From: Lama guanicoe
Lineage: Eukaryota
Direction of reading: 5' to 3'
DNA: 64,000 nucleotides
Assembly: GCA_013239625.1 (NCBI GenBank)
Contig: MU054466.1
Span: 434,001 to 498,000, forward strand
Both the position numbers and the translations under genes were made by a program. The notes under the pieces were generated by a model. That model ran no database searches, was not told the DNA's origin, and saw only the letters and a program-made list of their open reading frames with translations. Of this stretch, positions 1 through 16,978 are shown in pieces. Every line of letters starts with the position of its first letter. Positions within the stretch are counted from its first letter, which is position 1.

Positions 1-1954
1 TTCCAAGGAAGGGTCCTGCGCCTGCGTGGGAAGGGTCCCAGCTCACTCTCCCGCACGTGGACGTCCACACGTCCCGCACCATTTATCCAAAAGACTGTCC
101 TCTCCCTGCTGACCGGCCTCGGCGCCCTGGCTGAAGCTTCTCGACAACCAATACTCATTGCGTAACTTTTTATATAAACTCTCATCTTTCTTTCGGGAAG
201 GAAGGCGGAGTCTGAGTCAGGAAATAGAGCTTCCCCTCCCACCCACGCGCCTAGTCTGTGGGCTGCATTCGCGGGGGGTCGGGAGCCTGAGGTGGGGCCG
301 GTCCTGTGCTCACACTGGTGGAGAACCCGCGGGGAGGGCCTCGCCCTCCGAGCCGCCCGGACCTTCCTGCTGCCCTGGACCCGCCGCCTCCTTCCCTCTG
401 GGCCCCGTCCAGGGAGCCACGGCCCCTGCAGGGCAGGTGGGTAGGCCCCCGGTCCACCCTCTGCACCCCATCCCGCAGTCCCTCCCCACCCCTGCCAAGC
501 CAGACGGGGCCCAGGGAGGCGCCACGTAGACTGGACAGGCTGGGAGGAGGCTGGTGAGATGCCAGCTTCCCAGGCTGTCAGGGGCACTTTTGCGGGCAGG
601 GTAAGAGGACTCTGGAGCTCCAAATCAAAGCAGCTTTAAGGACAGAGGAGGCGCCCTGAGTGGCCAACGTTTCTGGAATTTCCTGCCTTTTTAACTGGGG
701 CCCACAGGAGAGAAGCGGCAGCTTGTCCCACAGGCGTCATCGCACCCTCCCCTCCCGCCGGACCACGTGGGCTGTGGCTTCCCACCTGGGTGCTGGGGCA
801 GATTCGGGCCTGCGTTTGCTCATCCCTGCGGTGTCAGACCCCCAGTGAGATGCCCCCTGCCCACCCTGGGGCCCAGAAGTCGGGCTCCATCCTCTGTGCG
901 TTTCCAAGGCAATGGCTGCTTCGCCCTGACCTCCCAACCGGCCAGACCCCGCACCCCGGGTGCTGCAGCACACCCAGTACTGTCACCAGAAACAAGACCC
1001 TAACCCAGATCTATCTGCTGGTTTTAGAAAATTCACAGGTGGAGGAAGGGGCCAAGTCTGACAGGAGAGGCGACCGGATTAAGGACTTGACTTACTCTGA
1101 AAGGGCGTTGAGGGGTCGCTGGCAACGGAGACTGAACAGGAGACTTCAGCTGGGCTCGTTCAGACAGAACCAACCTCACGACAGGCATGTGGGCCCCGGG
1201 CGTTTTGATGACAGTAAGTCAACCAGGTGGACCGTCACGTTTCTTATGTAGAGTGAATTACTGTTGCAGTTAGAATTTTTTCAAAGACCATTTTTAGGGA
1301 CATGTGCTCGCATTTTATCTATAAATGACAGGACCTCTGGGGTCGGCTTCTAAATAACCCAGTCGCGGTGGGGAAGGGTCCGGGGGGTGAAGGCAGACGG
1401 CCTGGTGAGAGCTCGCCACTGGGGCTGGGCGGGCATGTGGGTGCAGTTCCCTGTTTTCTGAAGTTAACAGCTTTGTTGAAACACAGCTGTTCCCAGGACA
1501 TTCAGAGCTGTGTGACCACCACAACCTGAAGCCCCGTTTTCCATATGCTCCCAAGGTTGCGTGGCACTCTGGGGGTCAGAGGTCCTGACGTCTGGATGAG
1601 CTGCCCAGGGCACCTGTCTGTCCCAGGACATCAAAAGGCTGCCTGGTAACGCTCACACCGACCCTGCCCCTCTGTCCCAGGGCCTGCAGTCCACAGAACC
1701 AGGGGCTCCCAGCCCCTCTGGGAACTCTGAAAACACAGGCGCCTGCTGGGAAGGGGCAGCCCTGGGGGCTCCACACCCCCAGTCCTCGGCCCCCAGCCAC
1801 TCAGTGCATCGCCAGGGGTGCAGCTTCTTCCCTGCCTGTCCACGAACCCAGAAGCCCTCCCTGGAGGGTGCAGAGGGGGTCTTGAGCGCCCGAAAGCACG
1901 GCAACCTGCAGGCCAGTTAGTGCCCTGGACGCAGAAACCAGACTCTTCACCGCC

Positions 1955-1960
1955 TTTATT
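1955..1960 (-). terminator. Polyadenylation signal AATAAA for SLC25A10
   Basis: tttatt on + at 1955-1960, about 960 nt past the stop codon. Confidence 0.75.
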
Positions 1961-2914
1961 AACGCCGCGCAGGGCGACGCTGGCCCGCTGGCCACTTGCT
2001 GGGGGGTGGGGAGAACACAGTGCCCGGGGGACAGGGGAGGTGGACGCAGCCCCCAGTCCCCCTGCAGGCTGCTTTGGCAGAGGAACCTGGGTGGTGGCAT
2101 CAGGCTGATCAGCTGCTGGGGGCCTTGCAGGTGACCATCCCCAGACAGGAGACCCCCAAGCCATCCCAGCCCTGCCCAGGGAGCCAGGAGGGGACACTGC
2201 ACACCCCCTGAAGACAGCAGAGAGCCTGCTGGCACTGAGAGTTCTGGTGAAACTAGCTGTTAAAGCAACGGCGGGGGCGGGGGGGTGCGGGTGGCACCCA
2301 GACCCTCCCCCTGGGGGCCCCTCTGCACCGGCCTGGGAGCTGTGGGGGCACAGCTGCCTTGGGAACGTCATAAAAGCGATGGTCCCTCTCTGAGGATGAA
2401 AGCGCAGGTACACGTGTCATCTGGGGAGTGGTGCTGGGGCCTCCCCCGCCCTGCCACCCAGGACCCTCAGCGGGCGCGGTGGGAGACGGTGCTGCGGACC
2501 CTGGGCGCGGTGGAAGGAGGAGCCTTCAGGGGCTGGAGACCCGAGCCCATAGAGCCGGGACAACACGCCCTCCCAACTCCAGCGATAACTGCCTACTCGG
2601 GGAGAGGAGAGAAAACCAAACCTGGGGCCTGGACACCCCCTCTGAGGGGTGGGCAGAGCAGGCCGCTGGAAGCCCAGGCAGGGAGAGCCCGGGGCGGGCG
2701 GTGAAGGTGAAGCTGGTAGCTCGCGAGGGGTCGAAGGTCGAAGGGCTGACCAGGCGGGCTGGGGCGGGGGTCCTGGGCCACGAGGAGGGGCCAGAGCACT
2801 GCGGGCAGGTGCTGGGCTCAGGGCAGTGCTCAGCTGCCGACCCTCCCACACTCTGGAAGAAACTGTTGCGGGGAGAAGGGGCCCAGGCCTGACCCAGCTG
2901 TTGCCACGGCCACA

Positions 2915-5900
2915 TCACGATGGCACTTTGATGCCAAAGTGTTTGCGGAGCTGTTCCAGAAACACAAACGTGAGCACGGTGTGGGGCATGAGGCGGATGC
3001 CCGCAGGCACGAGGCCCTGAGGGAGGAAGGAAGGGTGTGAAGAGCCCCAACAGGCCCACGGGGCCCCTGCCCCACGCCACCCCCACGAACCTTGTAGAAG
3101 GCCAGCGGCCCGAGCTTTGCTGTCTCCATGGCGCAGTGCAGAACACCCTGCAGAAAACGCAGAACCACGCAATACGGAGGCCGCTTCTGGAGAGGCGTGA
3201 ATCCCCCCCACTCTGGTCACACTGAGGGTGGGTGTGAGCCCCGCAGAGCAGCCTGGAAGTGCAACGGTAAGAGCAGGAGGTGGGGCTGGGGGCCACAAAG
3301 GTCAAGGGCTGCCTGCTCAAAACTAGACCCCAGGAGCACACCCCAGGGTGCTGTGGTGCCGAAACCCACAGAAGACCGGTGTGTGCTGGTGGGGGCTGGG
3401 GGGTGGGACCTGCCCCCTTCATAAAGGCACCATGTGAAGTTTCACTGACTGCAGTGACCGGCTTGCTCTGTTAAACACACATGGGGCCCTGGGAGGGACG
3501 CAGTCACGGGTGGAGGGGGACAGCCGCGTCCACACCCGCGACAAGGAAGCAGACCTGCAGGGCGGGGCCCCACTCACCCGATATTCGCCCTTGGCGTTCA
3601 TCAGGCGGGTCTTCAGCACGTCCAGGGGCTGGCACAGGACAGTGGCGCATCCGCCCTGGGGTGCAGGGTCATCACCAACGGTCCTCCCCAGGCCATGGGG
3701 ACACCAGGAACAGCCCCGGCCTGTGGGCTCCTCCCCAGGACCCTGGCGCCCACCTGTTCAGTCTAACTCGTCCAAGCCGCCTGCCACTGAGCCCCGCCCT
3801 CATCCCAGGGCCCCCAGGGAGGCCCCACCCCGCCACTCACCGCGATGAAGCTGGCGATAAAGTGAGTGAAGATGCTGTCGGACAAGTACCCGGTGCTGAG
3901 AACCAGCTGCTTGGCTTGGTCATAGCAGGACAGCTGTGGGGTGGCAGGGACAGTCAGGGCCCAAAGGACAGAGCCCAACTCGGGGGAAGCCAAAAGGGGC
4001 CCATAATGACACCAGCTGGACTGACCAGTACCCACTCTGCTGGGTCATCTACGGTCACCACACCCACCACAGACACGCCCCAGCCCCACCCGTGTTCCAT
4101 GCCCACTGCCTTCCTCTGGGACTTCTCACAGGGCCCCAGAGCCCCACTGCAAGCAGAAACCCTACCTGACCCACGGTGACCAACATCCCTCGACTGGACG
4201 CCATGGTCGCGCCTGAGAAGAGCTTCTTCAGACCCTCTGCCGGGGGAGGGGAGAAGTCGGGTGCCCAGCCCAAACCCCTCCCCACCCAGGCCCCACTCCT
4301 GGGTCCCAGCCCAGCCCTCCCACCTCTCACCTTCTCGGGCCACACGGCACAGGCCATCCAGGGCGTGGGCATAGCTGTCGGGGACAGAGTGGGCCCACAT
4401 GAGCTTCTACCCCCCCTCATGGGAGCCACGGCCCCATCCCAGGCCAGGAGGTGCTGAGTGTCAAAAGGACCAGAGGACAATGGCTTCCTGTCTCCCTGCT
4501 CACAGGAGTTCAGGGCTTGAAGAGGGAGGGAAACGCCCTCTGGGGGCTGCCAGCTCCGAGGCGGGTCCTGTCTGCAGGCCATTACAGAGGGAAGGAGGAC
4601 GGGACGCCCCGTGGGGCCCCCTCTCCCCTGGTTCACTCGTCCACCTTCCCCGGGGCTGACGCTCCAGCCAGAGCAGACAACGCGCTCACCTGCAGCCACA
4701 AGCCCCCTGAGCTGACTGGGCCGACGCCCGGAACCTAGCGCAGCGACAGTCCCCAGCCAGAACCTTAGACTCCCTAGCACCCTACGTTTCACCAACATGG
4801 TGCTTTCATCACAGAAAGAAAAACTAATCCCTGCACCCAAAGCCTTTCGAAGGTCCACACTCACTTCCACTTCCAAACCACCCTCCCCGTGGGTGCACGC
4901 AGGTGCACGCGGGAGAAGCGGTGACCAGCCCTGGGGTCCTCCTCCCACAAGGAGAGGACCAGAGGTGTGTACTACGCCTGTTTCCAGAAGCTGTCAGCCA
5001 GCTCCATGGGATCCCACAGGCGAGTCCCGGCTGCGTCCTGGCAGAGCCACTCTGGGGGCTCCTCCGCCCCGACCCCCCGGCCCCACCCTGCAGGCAGAGC
5101 GTGCTACTCACTTTCGGCGCTGGCTCTGGGGCAGCTTCATGTCATTCTGCATCCTGAAACAAGCAGGGGCTCAGCGGGGCAGCAGGGCCAGACACCACCC
5201 CAACACACGCCAGGGGGCGACAGCGAGCGGCCAGCCCACCGGGGGCTGCCCTGCCACAGGCTCAGCGCCACCCCCAGTGTCCAGGACCCCAAGGTCCGAG
5301 TGGCCTGTTCCAGGCTGAACACCCACAACCCCAGTGAATGAGGTTGGCTCTCAGGGGACAGCGAGACCCTGGCCTCGGGGGCCAGGGTCACTGACCTGAC
5401 GTTGACCATGTCCGCGGGGGTCCCCACGAAGCCGCCGATGCAACCTGGTACAACAAGCCACCCCGTGACCCCTGGCACTGCCCACCACCCTCGCCCGCCC
5501 CACTCGCCCTTGGCCACTCACCGCTGAGGGAGCCCAGCAAGACCTTCTGGTAGAAGGGCAGGGGGCCCTGGCTGCCTTTGGTTACCTGGTCCCGCACGGT
5601 CTCGTAGATGGCGAACCGAGTCAGGGAGTAGGTCATCTGAGAAGGGGCCCCACTCAGATGCTGCGGGCGGATGGCGCTGGGCACACTTCACAGCCCTGGT
5701 CCTCCAGTGCAATGGTCTCCACGTGGACCACGGGGCACCAAGGGACATGCCCAAGGCCACACAGCCAGCAAGCAGCTGAGCCAACTCACAAACCTGGGGC
5801 TGAGTCCAGGCCTCACACCCTCCTCTCCTCTCCCTGGGCTCAGTTTCCCACCCGAAGGTGGAGGTCTCGGGCCGCTGTGACAGTGGCTGACCCTGTGCAA

Positions 5901-8334
5901 GGCAGAAGCACCTCCCACCCCCACCCTGGGCGCTGTTGGCTCCCCTGCCTGAGGTTCCTCCCGTGTAAGCAGCCACAACTAGCCTGGGGGCCAGGGGGCA
6001 GTGACCTTCCTGCCTGCTGGGACTGAGTGCGGGCTCTGGGACCAGGACCTCAGGGACCCGCCACCCGGGGTGGGGGAGCCCCCAGATGCACCTGTCTGCA
6101 CAGGGAGGCACTCAGCCCATTGTAGAGCGCCAGCACGCCGTCAGAGCGCACCACCTGCAGCGCCATGCCAGTCATGCGCAGCTTCACCTCCTGCTGCGTC
6201 TGCAGGTGCACCTGCGGGGAAGCGGCCACACCAGCTCAGAGAGGTACTCCACCTGGGGCCCATCCAGGCCAGCTCTGCCCTGAGCCCTTTTCACAACCTT
6301 CCACCTTTACAGCCTCACACTAACCTTGTGGGCCAAGTGCTACCAGCACCCCCTTTGGCAGGGCACCAGCCGGGGAGTGGGGCTAGGACTCTGTGTCCAC
6401 ACCCGGAGCCAACCTCCACTGGATACCACCAGCCGACACATGAGCCTACCAGGCCCATGAGAAACATCCCACCTGCCGTGGGGCAGTCATCAACCCCACA
6501 CTTTAGGTGAAGACACTGGGCAAGTCTAGAGGCCCACCTTGTAGCCACACCTGACTTCCGAGAGGGACAGAGTTACGGGGACTCAGATGACCTGAAGAAA
6601 CATGGGAGACTCGGAAGACAGGGGTGGGAATCTGGGGGTACACAGGGAAAGGGCGCCCTGGAGTCCATCCCTGTGGACCCCACTCTGTCCAGCCCAGCCA
6701 CATCCTGGGGGGACCCGCTGGGGAAGGCTATTGACTCTGCTGCCTCAGTTTCTCTCAGCATGCAGTGAGCCGGGAACAGAGGGCCTAGGCCTGGGGGCAG
6801 GGTGGCCACACCGGCAGCAGCCCTCGTCCAGGTGAGAAACCACTGAGAGAGTTGAGCCAAGACATAAGGCAAATGGAGAGACCAAGTTACTTTAGAATAC
6901 TTTTTCCAAAGACTGGGCAGAGAGATAAAAATCCTGGCCAGGGTCTCCCTCCGAGGTCTCCACAGCTGCTGGCACTTCCTGTTGCACCCCCGCACATGGC
7001 CACGTGCTTCCTGGGCCAGAGGGCGGCCAGGCTCCGGAGGCCGCAGGCCTCCCCACCCCCGCCCCCAGTGCTCTGCAGCAAAACAGCACCTGGGGGGTGG
7101 GGCAAGGGGCAGTGACGCCCAAAGGAGCCTTGGCCCACAGACCATGACTCTAGGCTGGCCTGGTGCCACGGAGGGCTCCAAAAGCTCCCGGAGGCTGTGC
7201 CCACGCTGGGCAGGGACAGTGAGCCTGATCCTCCAGGCGCGCGGTCGGGGGTGGGGGATGAGGGAGCGCAGGGACCTGCGGGGGCATCCAGAAAGTAAAA
7301 CAGAACAGGCACGAGAAGGGAAAACGCACCTTCCTACCTGGCCCTGGGGGCTATCAGGGCCTGTACTGGCCTCTCCCAGGATGAGCTAGGTCTCAGAAAC
7401 GCTCCCGGCTTCAGCCCCACCCCCAACTTTTGCTAATCCTGCCTTTGCTGGTGGACACTCTGAGGCTTGAGGGATGGCTGGGTCAGCCAGGGACACAGGT
7501 GCCAATCCCTCCCAGGGGTCCAGCGTGGGACCCAGGCTGCTCTGGGTGGCCAGGTGGCTGCCCTTGCCCACAGGACCCACAGGGCCACAGCCCAGGTTCC
7601 CTGGCGCAGGGCCAACGGCCAGAACATGCTTTGTGCCTCTGGCCCTTTGTTGTTTGTGGTGAGAGCACCAGAAAACCAACCTCCCTCGGCTGGCCTGCCC
7701 TGAGACAAGGGAAGCTCTGTCTTACTCTGCCCCACAAGCATTCTTAGAAAAAAAAGCGAAAAGTGTGATTACTTCTCGCTCTGGGAAACACCCTCACTGG
7801 ACAGGACCTGCACGCAGGCAGAGCTCAAGGCTTCCAGGTGTCCCCCCCACCTTTCAGGAGGAAGCAGCCCCTAAGAGGGGCTATCGACCACATCCCGCCT
7901 CTGTCTCCCTCAGTGTGTGCCGGGCACCCGCTCGGCAGAGGGGGCGCGTGGGCCGTGCCGGTGTGTGCTGAAGTCCGGACGCCTTTTCAAGTGCCAACAG
8001 CTGTGCTCCCAGAGAACCACCCCCTCAACGTGTCACCCAGCAGAACGTGTGTCCGCAAAAGTGCGGCGGGCGGGTCGGGAAACAGGCTCAGAGAGGCCAA
8101 GGGACGGGCCCAAGGTCACACAGGTAGCAGCAAAGTGGGATGGGGGCCCCGAGGGGCACCGCCATCGCCGCCTGCCCGCAGGGCCCCCGACGGGGGCGGG
8201 AGCGAGGGCCCGGCCCGAGGCCCTCCGCGCGCCGCGCTCACCTTGAGCAGGTCCAGCGGGTGCGTGCAGCAGGCGGCCCCGCACGACGCCAGCCCGCCGA
8301 AGTACCAGCGCGACACGCGCGCCTCGGCCGCCAT
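2915..8334 (-). CDS. SLC25A10: Mitochondrial dicarboxylate carrier (SLC25 family), 287 aa, 11 coding exons
   Basis: Exons (minus): 8242-8334, 6092-6211, 5522-5636, 5396-5444, 5112-5153, 4331-4374, 4166-4236, 3841-3933, 3578-3655, 3091-3147, 2915-3016. All introns are GT-AG; total 864 nt. Translation MAAEARVSRWYFGGLASCGAACCTHPLDLLK|VHLQTQQ...QPLDVLKTRLMN...KHFGIKVPS* has three carrier Px[DE]xx[KN]x[RH] motifs. Confidence 0.97.
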
Positions 8335-8900
8335 GGCCCGGACGCGGCCGCCGACGCCGAGGAGCGCAGGCACCCGCCCGACCCTGGCCCCCGAAGCCCG
8401 GACACCTCCCCGGCCCCAACCGGACTCGATCCGGCCCGACCCGGCCAAACCCGGCCCGATCCGCGCCGCCGCCCGCCGCGGGTTCAAAGTGCCGCTGGCC
8501 GCCCGCGCCCGGCACAGCCAATGCGCCCGCGCGGCCCGGGGGCGGGCCTGGTGGGCGGGGTCATCTAGACCCCGCCCCGAGACCGGGGGCGGGCCCCGGG
8601 CCTTAAAGCGGCCGCAGCCGGGTGGGCCCCACCGAGCCCCCTCGGGGACCCCCGGGGCCCAGGCCGCGCGGACCGCGGGGAACCTGCCGGGTGAGCCCTC
8701 CCCACTCCCCCTCGGAACCTGCGTCCGCCCCCTTCCTACGCTGGCCTGGCCGCCGGCCACTCCGGCGCCTAGGGCACGTCTGCGAAGGTCACGGCCCGAG
8801 TGGCCTGGGCGCTCTGCCCCCGACCCCTCCTGGAGGCCGGCCTCCCGCAAACGCCCGCCCCCGCGGGGCCCTGAACTTATACCCAGTGTCCCACCCCAGC
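8335..8900 (-). promoter_or_regulatory. CpG-island promoter / 5' UTR of SLC25A10
   Basis: Very CpG-dense, CCAAT at 8518-8522 and several GGGCGG boxes upstream of the ATG at 8334. Confidence 0.75.
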
Positions 8901-11900
8901 CGCGCAGGCCCCGGGGGTTCGTCCTGGGACACGTCCCGCTGCAGGAGGGGCCAACCTGCGGGTTACAAGAAAACTAGGGGCAAAGGCAATTGGGAGACTA
9001 GCCGCTCCGCCTACCCACCCCTCCCAGAACTCCTAGCCGAGGCCAGCCTCAGGCCTGCTCTGACCACACAGCCCCTGGCAGCCACCCTGGGGCGGCCCAG
9101 GAGGGAGTTTCTGGGCGTACGGCTCACGCTCCTGGGAGGCGGCAGTCAGCAAACTGCCTGCCCCTGCCTGGCCCCAGCGGGAGACGCCCACCTCCCTGCT
9201 GACCGGAAGTGCAGGTGTGCTGCTAGCCCAAAGGCGCACCTGCCGAGCAGTGAGATCTGAGTCCCCAGGGCCGCTCTGGGACAGGGCCACATGGATCTCA
9301 GAGGAGGCGGAGAAATGTGGAGGAGCCCAGGGTGGGGTGGGGGGTAGTATCGCCCATGCTGGGAGCCTGCGTTATTTGAAAGGAAGGTAGAGTAGGATTG
9401 AGAAAAATGGCCCAGGGGCTTCTGGAGATCAGAGAGGGTGGGAGACACATACCGAAGATCCACAAGGAAAGGCAAAAACGTGTCAATGAGCAGCTACACA
9501 CAAGAATCCCAGAGACAGCAGTTTGTTCAGAAAGCCGGCGCTAACAGACCTGACTGTTACGGTGCAGGAGCAAGCCGCTTCTTCGTCCATGGTCCTCCAA
9601 GCCCACTCCCAGCACAGACCCTGCTGCCCTGGCACCTGGATCTCATTTGGACTCAGCCAAGATGCCCGAATCTGCCATCAGCCCCAGGGCACTGTCAGGG
9701 CTCCTGACTACATTGCAAACACAGCAGTGAAGCAGAGATGACAGAAGCCTCTGGAGTCCCTGGGTCTCCATGACAGCCCAGAAGCGGGGAGCCAGGCCCT
9801 GGCGGGGGCAGCTGTCCCCTTACTGGGGTCATCAGCAAAACAGGGCCCTGAACCTGGTGCTGGCAGGGAGACCCCAGGGTTTGCTCCTCACAGAACACAG
9901 ACCGTCCCCAAATTGGGAAGGGCAGGGCCCAGAGACTTGGGATTGGGAACTGAAGGGATATCACAAACATAAAAATATCAAGGGCAGCAGGGCGCTGAGA
10001 CACCTATCTCCCGTTACCTGCAATGCTGTGAAAAGGCAGTCAGATGTGGGAGGAACCCTGGAACACGGGAAATGCAAGGCTGGAACACCCTCTTAAGAAA
10101 GGGGTGGATTTTGCAAACTATAGGCCAAGGAACTAAAAAAGATCCCAGCCAATTTCTCAAATGGACCGTGGAGACTCACGCAGAAGCCCGAGAGGGCAAA
10201 GGGGAGGGCGGGTGCAGTCCTGAGAACAGGGCTGCCCGGGCAGGCCTCTGGGTGGGGGCTGGTGTGTGCTCTGTGGCCCTTACACATCTCCTCTTGGTGC
10301 CTGGGCAGGGAGGACCGTGCTTCATGGGTGGCCTGGCAGACTTCTGGGGCCCCTGGAATAGGGGGGAGGTCTGTGGAGGTGAGGCACCTGCGGGGGCCCT
10401 GGATTTGCCTCCGCTGTGTCCTGTGACCGCGAGCCTGGACAAAGGTGCAACGCCAGCTCCTATCAGGATCTATAAGGGCTTCTGTGGGTGCCAAGAGAGC
10501 AACTTGTGACACGCAGCAAGCCTGCCTCCCGCTGCCAAGCATGAGGGCCAAGGCCAAGTGGGCTTCAAGGACCCGGGGCAATCCCCAGAGGCACACCGCA
10601 CCTATCTCCAGGTCTGAGACACTTAAGAGCAGCTTGCAGTCCGGGGCAAGTCAGGGGGAGCTGGAGGGGCCAGGAACCCCATCAGGAGGCTGAGCCAGGA
10701 TGCTGCCTAGGAAGACAAGGCCCAGGGTCTCCAGGTAGGACTTTTGAGCTCAGGCAGGAGCACCGCCCTAGTCTGCCATAAGTGAGGCAGGATAGGTTGG
10801 CCTGGTGGCCCTCAAGGTGCAGGGCCACCCTCACCTTTGATCAGCCACCCCCAGCAAGACCAGCAGAGAACAGAAAGCCCCATCCTTGCGGGAGCCCCAG
10901 TCTTCACCCCAGCTGCCTTGGGAAGATGGGGAGGGGGCCTAGAGCATAAGCAGCCTCCCCAGGTTACTGGCAGAGGGGCCTGTGACCATGCAGATCTGGG
11001 CTGGGGAGTGTCCCTGAGCCCTGGGAAAGGGCAGCAGGCCCAGCAGGCCACACCCAGCCCCAGGTAGCCGCAGTCCCCTCTGCTGAGTGAAGGCACGCCC
11101 AGTGATCTGCTGATGGTGAATCATTAACCCCCTGGGGATGGTGCCAGGGGCCACAGGCTTGGCCAGTGGGGCTCTGGTCAGGGAGTGGCCTCATCTGCTC
11201 CTTGGACCCTTCCTACGAGGCCCAGCAGGGAGCAAGACCTCAGAGAGGACACTGAGCTGGTGGGGGGTGGGGTGGCGGCTACGCATGCACACCAGGGAGC
11301 CTGGCAGCTCCCACCCAGACACAGTGTCCCTTTCTGGTCCCCCAGCTGACCTTGCAGCTCATTCTTCCAACAGGGCCAAGGGAGAGGGCCAGGGAGTAGG
11401 CAGCCTGGAGACTCAGGCCAGAGGATGCGGGCCTCCAAGGGTCATAGGAACAATGCCTCTCCAGAATGGCCACTCAGAACGTCTTGCAGCCCCCTCCACC
11501 CAAGCCCCAGGGGTCTCCCACCTGAGCCTGCGAGGAAGGAATCCACTGCCCCTTCCAGGCAGGGTTGAGGTGGGGCCTGACTCAAGAGAAGGAAGCCATA
11601 GGTCCTTGGGCCAGGCAGGCACTGAGCAGGGCATGTAGGCTTGGGCAGCCACTGCCATCTGTAAATGCCACACTCTGGCAGCAGGCCACCTCCTTCACTT
11701 CCCTTCTGGCTCCAAGACGCAGCTCCCTGAGGCCCAGCCCCCAAGGCTCCTCTAAGCACCTGTGGGAGCAAATGACACCCTCAAGGGCTGCAGAGCACAT
11801 CCTCCAGCCTGTCAGGCTGTCTCTCGCGGGGCTGCTGTACCCACCCAGGGTATAGGCCTTATTCCCACTGCCCGGGGCCGGGGCTGCATTTCCTGTTAAG

Positions 11901-12141
11901 GACCACCAATGTTTAAGGACAGGGAGTTCCACAGGTGCCCTACACCAGCTCCTGGGGGAAGATCTGGTACCAGCCATGCAGCAGCTGCTGCCCCTGCAAG
12001 CAGGATGCGCACTGCCCAGTCCCACCACACTGCTGTTGGCACCTGCCTGACATGGGTCTGGGAGGACAGATCCCTGCACCCACAGCCCACCCCAACACAG
12101 GACTCAGCACACACGGAGCCTGAACAATGCATTTTTCTCAA

Positions 12142-12159
12142 CAGCCACCAGGGGGCGCG
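12142..12159 (+). promoter_or_regulatory. CTCF consensus site in the MRPL12 3' UTR / 3' flank
   Basis: CAGCCACCAGGGGGCGCG matches the CTCF core CCACCAGGGGGCGC exactly. Confidence 0.55.
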
Positions 12160-12392
12160 TGAACTCGCCGTAGGTTCTCGAGTCCTCCTCCCTGGGGCTT
12201 GCACGGGCAGTGGCTGCCACTCCCTCCCCATCTCAGTAGGTCCATCGTCTGTCCCAGAAGGGAACTGGCCACATGGTGCGGGTACCCGGTTCTGCTCCAG
12301 CGCAAGTGGGTCCGCTGAGCCTGGGTGCGGGGCGAGGAGCAGGTGGAGCCCTGCCCAGCGCCTGGGACCCGGTCCATAGTCGTCTGGACGGC

Positions 12393-15581
<3,189 letters not shown>

Positions 15582-15622
15582 CGCTCCGCGGGCGGGAAGG
15601 TCACACGCGGATCCCAGGAGGA

Positions 15623-15772
15623 GGGACGCTCTAGCCGCCCGAGCCACGGGGCATGCGAGCTGCGGACGACACTCTAGCTGCCAGAGCCGCCGAGCATATG
15701 AGCTGGGGAGGACTCTCTAGCCGCCCGAGTCGCGGGGCCTAAGAGCTGGGCGCGGACGCTCTAGCCGCGCGT
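15623..15772. repeat. 43-44 bp tandem repeat (about 3.4 copies) at the MRPL12 promoter / 5' UTR
   Basis: CTCTAG cores at 15629, 15672, 15715 and 15759. Unit is approximately GGACGCTCTAGCCGCCCGAGCCGCGGGGCATNNGAGCTGGG. Confidence 0.8.
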
Positions 15773-16978
15773 GGACTTGCCTCCTCTCGCTCCTCGAGAT
15801 TACCCACAAGGCAGCGGGCCGCGCAGGCGCAGAGCCGCGTTGGTGGCCTCGGCCGGCTCCGGCCCGTGGCGCGCTGGGCGAACGAAGGCCGGAGAAGGCT
15901 GAGGCTTGGCGCCGGGTTCCGACGGGCCGGGACCTGGCCTTGTTGGACAGCGCAGCGACGCCTGCCCCCCGAGCCCGGGCTCGTGACGTTTGCGCTGCCT
16001 CAGGGCGGGCCGGAGGGTCCCCAGTGCCCTTCCTCGGCAGGTCTGTTCCAGGGATCCGGCTTGTGATCTCCTAGCGGGAGGAGCGCCCTGTCCTCTCGGC
16101 CGCCTTCTCTTCGATTTCTTCTTGTACCTAAAGCGACTGCTTTTCCAGGCAGCACGCGGGCACGTTTTGTCCTGTCGGGGCCGCCCTGGGAGCGAGGCCG
16201 CCGCCCTCCGGAGTACCAGCCCGCAGCGAGCTCGGGAATCGGCTAAGAGTTGTGACTGAGCTGAGCCCGGATGGGGTCCTTGGCGGAAGGGCCAGCATTT
16301 CACCTGGGAGAAGAGGATTTGTAAGCTTGGGCTCTGCCTCCTTTGCAGTGCTGCCCCCCTCTCTGTCCAGCTCCCGAACGTCTGGACGTGGGTGTCTCCA
16401 GCTCCTTGAGTCCTCTGTTGCTCTTGAATGCAAGCGGCAGCCCCCTCTCCCTGCTGTCCCAGATTTAAGGGCCCAGGGGGAACAGACCCCCACTTTAGGT
16501 CGAGTGGAGAAGGCAGGGCTGCCCTCTGCCCAGCGTTCCTATGATCCTGGCCCTGCCTGTGACCTGAGCTCAAGTAGCTTATCTGTGCCTATTTAGAAGG
16601 GCTGATGTGGAGGTCACTTAAGAGGTTTGGGCACTTAAGGTGTTCAAAATGTTAGGGTTGTCTTAAACACTTTTCCTAGGCTACAACTAACCAGCATTGT
16701 AGAATCGGACTGAAGCCCTGGGGCCTGCCAGTCTCTCCCAGGAGTCAGGGCAGTGCAGGGCTGCATGGGCAGGATGGTTGCTCAGCTCCTTGGTGCTTGG
16801 TCTCAGGGAGGAACAGCAGATCTGCAGCTAAGGCCAGAGCAGCGTCCACTGGTGGAGACTGTGGAACTGGGCCTGGGGCAAGGGACAGGCTGGCCTTTGG
16901 GAGCACCCCATCTAGAGTTAGACCGGCTGCCCTCCACCTGCCTTCTGAGCAGACACTTGAATACTTGTTGAAAGACGT

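Noticed and set aside
1-1900. Short ORFs downstream of SLC25A10
   Set aside because: No recognisable protein or consistent exon chain; treated as GC-rich intergenic DNA.
7838-8977. 379-aa ORF on + across the SLC25A10 first exon
   Set aside because: Low-complexity Pro/Arg/Gly/Ala translation of a CpG island, antisense to a real exon. Stops are scarce because of the GC content.
15623-15772. CRISPR-like repeat-spacer pattern
   Set aside because: The DNA is mammalian, the spacers are homologous to each other and there are no cas genes. It is a tandem repeat.
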